From sequence record SRR33789315_61: a DNA stretch of 64,000 nt. The stretch is one strand, 5' to 3'. Positions 58,179-64,000 of this stretch are shown in pieces. The position numbers and the translations under genes are program-made. Below the pieces are notes generated by a model that had not been told where the DNA came from, searched no databases, and was given only the letters and a program-made list of their open reading frames with translations. Each line of letters begins with the position of its first letter. The stretch's first letter is position 1.

Positions 58179-61100
58179 CTATAGGATTACTAATTTTTCG
58201 ATTTTTTCCACTAGCTTTTCAGAAAACGTAGATTTTACGGAAATCTTATATACATACACACCTTTTCCTATAGGATCACCAAAATCATCTCTTCCGTCCC
58301 ATATTATATCACGAGAGCGATTACCCGTATTTACGACAGTTTGATTAATTGTTTTTACCACTTTCCCAGTCACAGTAAAAATCTGAACCTGAACTTCTAA
58401 TGGCTCTGAAGGCCTGTTATGATCAAACCAAAACTCTGTATAATCTACAAACGGATTAGGGTAATTTAATACATTTTCAAGCACCACATTATCATCTCCA
58501 GCGACTACAAATTCTAAATCTGCAGTAGAGGAATTATTGTACGTATCCCAAGCTTTTACGGTAACCGTATGTGCACCGGGCTCTAAATCTCTTAATTTTC
58601 TACTTGCTGTTCCTTTTTTAAAATTCTCTTGATCGCTTTCGTAAAAATCATTGAGAATAATTGGGTTTGTTTCATCACCATCCAGAATTGCGACTAGATC
58701 ATGGCCTATTCCGCTTGCTGTATTGATCCCGTTTTCATCATTTAGCTTCGCTAATAATATAGGTGATTCATTTGTTATACCACCATTTACAAAACCCTCA
58801 TCATTCATATACAATTGTATTTTAGGGCCTGTATTATCTTCTGGAGCATTTTCATCTAATCCGCCTATTACAATTTGGCTATTAGCTCCTGAATTTTGCT
58901 GAAAAACATCATTTTTATAAGCATAGAAATTTACTCTTCCGTTACCGTAAGGGATACTAACATCTTTAGGAACGACAAATTCAAAGTCAAACGCACCATT
59001 TACAATTTTGGCTTGACCTCTATATAAAATAGCGCCTAAGGTTTTAAAATCCATTATGAGAAGCTCTCCGTTTTCTCTAATGCCATCATTACCTAACGTT
59101 TGCCTGTCAATAAACTTATCATAAATGGTTGTTGAAAGATTCCCGTTATAATCTGTTAAGCGTTGACCTTCGGCAGAAGTAACTTCACCTTCAAATCGCA
59201 TTCTGCTCAACCCCTTTAAGGTATCTGTTACTTGCCCAATAGGAACATCATTAATTTTTGTCAACTTAATATCTGGCGAGCCAAAGGCTAATTTCATAGC
59301 AGGATCACCAATAAAAAATATCACTCGACGCTGTGCATCTGGGATTTGGTTTTTGGTTTCTCTTAGGTTTTCTGCTACACTTTTTAAGGTATTGCTTCCA
59401 AAGAAAAAAAGATTGGAAGCCAGATATTGATTGAATTTAACCCCTAGACTTACAGATATTTGCCGTGTGGTCGCCACGAGTCCAACTGCTCCACCTTGAG
59501 AATTCCAAAACAATTCTTCTCCTGCTGCAACCTTAGTGGGGTTGTCAAAACGTGTAAATTCACACGTTACCGTTATGATTAGGGGTAATTTTTCTTGGTT
59601 TTTTAAATTTTTAGCGCTTGTGTGTGTAAAAATAGCTTCTGACGCGAGTTGATCTTCACCACCATGACCTAGATAAGCCAGCACCAGCGTTCCAGCTTCT
59701 ATAGCATCTGCAATAGCCTCATTAACGGCAGGATATCTATCCCCACCAGCAGATGAAACTTGTTGATAACTATCTGAATGTATTTTAATTACATTAATAG
59801 ACGGTCGTTCTTGCTGAATGCGATCCCCTAGTCTATCTAGCGTATTTTCGAGTTCTGTAAATTCCCAATTATTATCTACATCATCAGACACAAGCACAAA
59901 ATTATTATGCCATCTGCCTAAAGAGCTTCGGTCATCATAATTAATAATTTTATTCACCACATTTTCAGCTAACTCTGGAGTATCTGCCAATATGCGGCCA
60001 ACCGCAATATCCAGACGATCATTAACCCCATTACCAACAGGGCTTGAATACTCAATAAGACCTTCCTCTGGATCCATACATCCAAAATAATCATCACTCA
60101 TATAGGAGGTAGATTGCGAAAAGCTATAATAGGTTTGAAAAGTGGGAACTATATTATTATTGCCTCGTATTCTATTTTTATAGTCTATAGAAGTGTCTCC
60201 AAAAAGACAGAGATATTTTATTCTTTTTTCTGCGGAAGAAGCATTCTCATATACATATCTTACCAAGTTACGAATAGCACCGATGTCTGCTTTGCCCGAA
60301 CCAAACTCATTATAAATCTGCTCGAGTGTTACTACTTTCACATTTAATCCTCTAAAACTTCGGTTATGAGCAGCAAGTTTTTCTGCCTGTGATTGTAGCA
60401 ATTCTCCCGTAATAATCAAATAGTCTATATCCTTAAATCCTTCTGTTGACTGAAAAAGTGTACCTTTTAAATTCTGATTGACTACTTCTGTTTTTCCATT
60501 TTCACGTTGCGGGCTATAAAAATCACTGGTACTAAGCGCCGCAAACTTCTTGGCAGTCCCTAAGGTTGTTTTAAAGCTTAGCATAATATTATTTTCAGTA
60601 TTCTCTAGCTCTTTAATAGCTGTAGGGTTTGTAACTTCCCAAATAGCACTAACACTACTTGCACCACTCATTTCATATTTACCAACACCTGTTAAATTAG
60701 CTGCGTTAGGGTTTTGAAAAATCATCTGGTTACCTGTTCCTTTAAGTTCACGCTCTGCTCCAATAGCAATAAAATCTAAATAGCCTTGACTTGACGGATT
60801 GCCATTGTTGTTATAAGAAATATCGACCACAACTTCATCTCCAGCAGCGGCAATTGGCGGATTTGCAGTTGGACTCAAAAAACTATCATAACTCCTGTCC
60901 CGGGCTAAAACAGACTCCGAAATAGGCGATAAAGAAAGAGTGGTTAGTTTATTACTATTTACTGTTACATCAAAAGAAGTTGTCGACTCAGAAATAGCCG
61001 CCACATACACCCGCATATCAAGTTTAGAATTAGCAACCCTGTTAGGAAAATCAAACTCGAAAGATTGATTTTCTTCCACATCAAATCGCTCTCCAAACCA

Positions 61101-62057
61101 GCGCCTACCTAGTTTCAGCAAATTCTCCTCATCCTTTTCATAGAATTGATAATCTTGAAATGTCGTGAAAGTTGTGGTTGCATTTGCAGCTGGCTCAGTC
61201 ATTGCGCCAACACGTTTTCCTGTAGCACCATCTGCAGTTATAAAATAATAAGAGCGATCTGCATAGGCATTTACATGTGTTAAACTCTCTGCATTAAACT
61301 GTTCTGTGCTTTCGCCATAAAATAAAATATAGTCACCACTATCAAAACTTCCGTCATCACCACCTACTACCTTAATAGCATTTTCCCTTGGATCAAAATA
61401 GGTATTATCTTGATTTCTTAACGAAAGCATTGCGCCTCCATTACCATATATTTTAAGATTTGAAGGATTGATTTCGCCCGTATCCATCCCTAAGTTTCTT
61501 AGAAAATTCCGGTCAATTTTATAAATTCCAGTTTTTTCGATATAAAATTTATAAATAGCTCCTGAGGCCAATACAGAATTTGAAATACTTATTTTCGATT
61601 CTCTAAAACTTGTCTTTGCGACTTGGTTTTCTGGACGTTTGGTCACAGAAAAAGAAACCACTTTTTTTAACTGCCCATCCTCTCGAATTAAGGGTGAAAA
61701 GGAGAAATAAATAAGAGATTTATCTCTTGCCTGAGTACTTGAACTGTTAAAGGCTATGTCATTAGGTATTTCATCCAACGGTAGGTTATGCAACTCACTT
61801 TTATTTACTTTTTCGTAAACCAAATTAGTAATAACCAACTTTTCTCCGGTTTTAAAACCAGATTCCATTTGATCTACAAAACGTAAACCTATTCCGTTTA
61901 TGTAAGAAAAATTAGAGTTGTTAAAACTTGGAACTTCTTTAATAATGCCATTAGTAGAAACGTTCTCCACACCCTTCCAATTTACTGTATAATTGCTATT
62001 TTGAGCAGTTAATGCATTTATAAAAGCAAGACAAATGAAAAATATGAATCTTTTCAT
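58179..62057 (-). CDS. porU: T9SS sortase PorU (C25 peptidase family)
   Basis: C25-type YLGHGG and TVTCEFTRFDNP catalytic motifs, IYNEF.SG, C-terminal NYPNPF CTD. Start moved to the ATG at 62057. Confidence 0.92.
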   Translation of the reverse strand: MKRFIFFICLAFINALTAQNSNYTVNWKGVENVSTNGIIKEVPSFNNSNFSYINGIGLRFVDQMESGFKTGEKLVITNLVYEKVNKSELHNLPLDEIPNDIAFNSSSTQARDKSLIYFSFSPLIREDGQLKKVVSFSVTKRPENQVAKTSFRESKISISNSVLASGAIYKFYIEKTGIYKIDRNFLRNLGMDTGEINPSNLKIYGNGGAMLSLRNQDNTYFDPRENAIKVVGGDDGSFDSGDYILFYGESTEQFNAESLTHVNAYADRSYYFITADGATGKRVGAMTEPAANATTTFTTFQDYQFYEKDEENLLKLGRRWFGERFDVEENQSFEFDFPNRVANSKLDMRVYVAAISESTTSFDVTVNSNKLTTLSLSPISESVLARDRSYDSFLSPTANPPIAAAGDEVVVDISYNNNGNPSSQGYLDFIAIGAERELKGTGNQMIFQNPNAANLTGVGKYEMSGASSVSAIWEVTNPTAIKELENTENNIMLSFKTTLGTAKKFAALSTSDFYSPQRENGKTEVVNQNLKGTLFQSTEGFKDIDYLIITGELLQSQAEKLAAHNRSFRGLNVKVVTLEQIYNEFGSGKADIGAIRNLVRYVYENASSAEKRIKYLCLFGDTSIDYKNRIRGNNNIVPTFQTYYSFSQSTSYMSDDYFGCMDPEEGLIEYSSPVGNGVNDRLDIAVGRILADTPELAENVVNKIINYDDRSSLGRWHNNFVLVSDDVDNNWEFTELENTLDRLGDRIQQERPSINVIKIHSDSYQQVSSAGGDRYPAVNEAIADAIEAGTLVLAYLGHGGEDQLASEAIFTHTSAKNLKNQEKLPLIITVTCEFTRFDNPTKVAAGEELFWNSQGGAVGLVATTRQISVSLGVKFNQYLASNLFFFGSNTLKSVAENLRETKNQIPDAQRRVIFFIGDPAMKLAFGSPDIKLTKINDVPIGQVTDTLKGLSRMRFEGEVTSAEGQRLTDYNGNLSTTIYDKFIDRQTLGNDGIRENGELLIMDFKTLGAILYRGQAKIVNGAFDFEFVVPKDVSIPYGNGRVNFYAYKNDVFQQNSGANSQIVIGGLDENAPEDNTGPKIQLYMNDEGFVNGGITNESPILLAKLNDENGINTASGIGHDLVAILDGDETNPIILNDFYESDQENFKKGTASRKLRDLEPGAHTVTVKAWDTYNNSSTADLEFVVAGDDNVVLENVLNYPNPFVDYTEFWFDHNRPSEPLEVQVQIFTVTGKVVKTINQTVVNTGNRSRDIIWDGRDDFGDPIGKGVYVYKISVKSTFSEKLVEKIEKLVIL

Positions 62058-62081
62058 AGAAAGGTAACGATGGTATTTGCG

Positions 62082-62089
62082 CAAAATTA
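62082..62089 (-). promoter_or_regulatory. -7 element upstream of porU
   Basis: TAATTTTG on the minus strand, 24 nt before the ATG at 62057. Confidence 0.5.
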
Positions 62090-62243
62090 TACGCATAAAA
62101 TTCTGTTTATCACCCATAAGAACACTAAAGAAAAATAAATGGCGTTGAATTATTCGAATATAATTGCAAATTTGCATTAATATGGTAAATTGCGCTGTAT
62201 TGTCTTATCTATGCACAATAACTAGTAGAAGAAATTATTTATT

Positions 62244-63992
62244 ATGAGAAAAATCTTGATTCATAGAATACTACTCTTAATGTTTACAGGCCTTTTGGTA
62301 ACGGCCTGCGGTCGCAAAGGGGATTATAAAAATGTCTCTAGAGCCACTGGTTGGAATATTAATTCTAAAAAAGGTGGGTTTAAGGCTAATCTTGATTATC
62401 AAGATCAAGAAACAGCACCTGGGCTTACTTTCATAGAAGGAGGCACATTTACAATGGGTCGCGTACAGGATGATGTTATGCATGATTGGAATAACAGTCC
62501 TACACAACAGCATGTACAATCTTTCTATATGGATGAATACGAAGTAACAAATCTTATGTACTTAGAATACTTAGATTGGTTAAAACGTGTATTTCCTCCT
62601 ACAGAAGCTAGATTTGCTAACATTTATAAAGGGGCATTGCCAGATACTTTAGTATGGAGAAATAGACTTGGATTTAATGAGACTATGACTAACAATTACT
62701 TAAGACACCCTGCTTATGCTAATTACCCAGTTGTAGGTGTAAGCTGGATACAAGCAGTAGAATATAGTGATTGGAGAACCAATAGATACAATGAGAAAAA
62801 ATTGGCTGACGAAGGTTATACAGATCCAGATGCAATGTATCTTTCTGAAGCTGGATCTACTTTTGACTCTTATACCTATCTACAATCCCCAAGTAGAACT
62901 TATGGTGGAAACGACGAATGGTTACGTGGTGGAAAACAATCAAGAAGACTTGAACAAGATGCTGAAAGAAGAAAAAGCCAAGAGGTGGTATCAGACAGTA
63001 CAGATACAGTTGATATAGAAACTATTGCTGAGGGAGAAGAACCATCTGGTCCCCCTGCCGGTTTAGATAACTTGTATGTTCAACTAAAAGATGGAATTAT
63101 ATCTACTACACAATATAGATTACCTACAGAAGTAGAATGGGAATTTGCAGCTTTAGGTTTGTCAGGTATGCGTGAATACAATTCTTATAAGGGAAGAAAA
63201 AAATATCCTTGGGACAGTAATTATACCAGATCTGGAGATAGAAAAACTAAAGGAGATCAGTTAGCAAACTTTAAACAAGGTTCTGGTGATTATGGTGGTA
63301 TCGCGGGTTGGTCTGATGATAATGCAGACATAACAGCAGAAATTGGTTCATACCCAGCTAATGACTATGGTCTTTATGATATGGCAGGTAATGTATCAGA
63401 ATGGGTAGCAGATGTATATAGACCTATTGTAGATGATGAGTTTAATGACTTTAACTACTATCGCGGTAATGTATATACTAAAAATGCGATAGATAAAGAT
63501 GGTAAGGTAACCGTTATCACTCCTGACAATATCGTATATGACACTTTAGAAAACGGAAAAATTATTGTACGAGTTCTGCCTGGTGAAATTCTACAAGTTC
63601 CTATCGATGGAGAAGATACCTATATGAGAACACAGTTCACAGAAAGCGATAATAGAAATTTTAGAGATGGTGACAAGCAATCCTCACGTCTATTGTTTAG
63701 CTATAGTTTAGATGATGAATCAAAACGTATGTACAATTCTCCAATTAATAAGGTAGAAACCAATGAAGATGGGGAAGTATTAAAAAGCTATGATGAATCA
63801 AACAACAGAACCACATTGATAGATGATGAAGTTCGCGTATATAAAGGCGGTTCTTGGAGAGATAGAGCTTACTGGTTAGATCCTTCACAACGTAGATATT
63901 TACCACAAACTATGGCAACAGATGATATTGGATTTAGAAATGCAATGTCACGCGTAGGTGCCAAATCTAAAAGTGGTAAAAAGAAAAATTAA
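62244..63992 (+). CDS. gldJ: Gliding motility lipoprotein GldJ
   Basis: Lipobox VTAC, SRATGW, FGE-sulfatase-fold motifs (PDTLVW, YPVVGVSW, RLPTEVEWE, DMAGNVSEW, YKGGSW); divergent from porU. Confidence 0.92.
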   Translation: MRKILIHRILLLMFTGLLVTACGRKGDYKNVSRATGWNINSKKGGFKANLDYQDQETAPGLTFIEGGTFTMGRVQDDVMHDWNNSPTQQHVQSFYMDEYEVTNLMYLEYLDWLKRVFPPTEARFANIYKGALPDTLVWRNRLGFNETMTNNYLRHPAYANYPVVGVSWIQAVEYSDWRTNRYNEKKLADEGYTDPDAMYLSEAGSTFDSYTYLQSPSRTYGGNDEWLRGGKQSRRLEQDAERRKSQEVVSDSTDTVDIETIAEGEEPSGPPAGLDNLYVQLKDGIISTTQYRLPTEVEWEFAALGLSGMREYNSYKGRKKYPWDSNYTRSGDRKTKGDQLANFKQGSGDYGGIAGWSDDNADITAEIGSYPANDYGLYDMAGNVSEWVADVYRPIVDDEFNDFNYYRGNVYTKNAIDKDGKVTVITPDNIVYDTLENGKIIVRVLPGEILQVPIDGEDTYMRTQFTESDNRNFRDGDKQSSRLLFSYSLDDESKRMYNSPINKVETNEDGEVLKSYDESNNRTTLIDDEVRVYKGGSWRDRAYWLDPSQRRYLPQTMATDDIGFRNAMSRVGAKSKSGKKKN

Positions 63993-64000
63993 AAACTTAA

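Noticed and set aside
2277-63018. Short overlapping or antisense ORFs in the track (e.g. 22416-22775, 24141-24605, 26342-26671, 42977-43309, 47211-47570, 54750-55085)
   Set aside because: They are shadows of well-supported genes, with no motifs or independent expression signals.

Overview
Chromosomal window from a Flavobacteriaceae-type Bacteroidota (gldJ, porU/porV, SusC/SusD, TAnnTTTG promoters). Most of it is conserved backbone: the rpsL 5' end, a BamA/TamA-like barrel, a SusC/D locus without CAZymes, rlmB, rarA, yjjG, radC, mpl, obgE, an hpt-adk fusion, purK/purE, an M3 peptidase, gcvP, an ECF sigma/anti-sigma pair, pafA, mlaE/F, manC, pdhA/pdhC, cdd, porV, porU and gldJ. Six observations stand out. 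(1) An AT-rich T9SS-cargo beta-propeller gene is bracketed by two ~105-bp direct repeats built from inverted GTCA-footed REP-like units. (2) A GbsR/MarR regulator is flanked by two copies of a TTTCA-N8-TGAAAGTTTAA palindrome and followed by two paralogous small membrane proteins. (3) A lipoprotein + DUF5723-like barrel module is tandemly duplicated with an identical 11-nt TTG overlap in both copies. (4) A stand-alone PD-(D/E)XK-like nuclease/DUF2075-like helicase is a defence candidate. (5) The hpt-adk fusion has a likely internal start. (6) A block at ~25-45 kb looks GC-richer and holds all the REP/MITE-like repeats. I found no tRNA, rRNA, CRISPR array or transposase. Family names come from motif recognition, not database searches.
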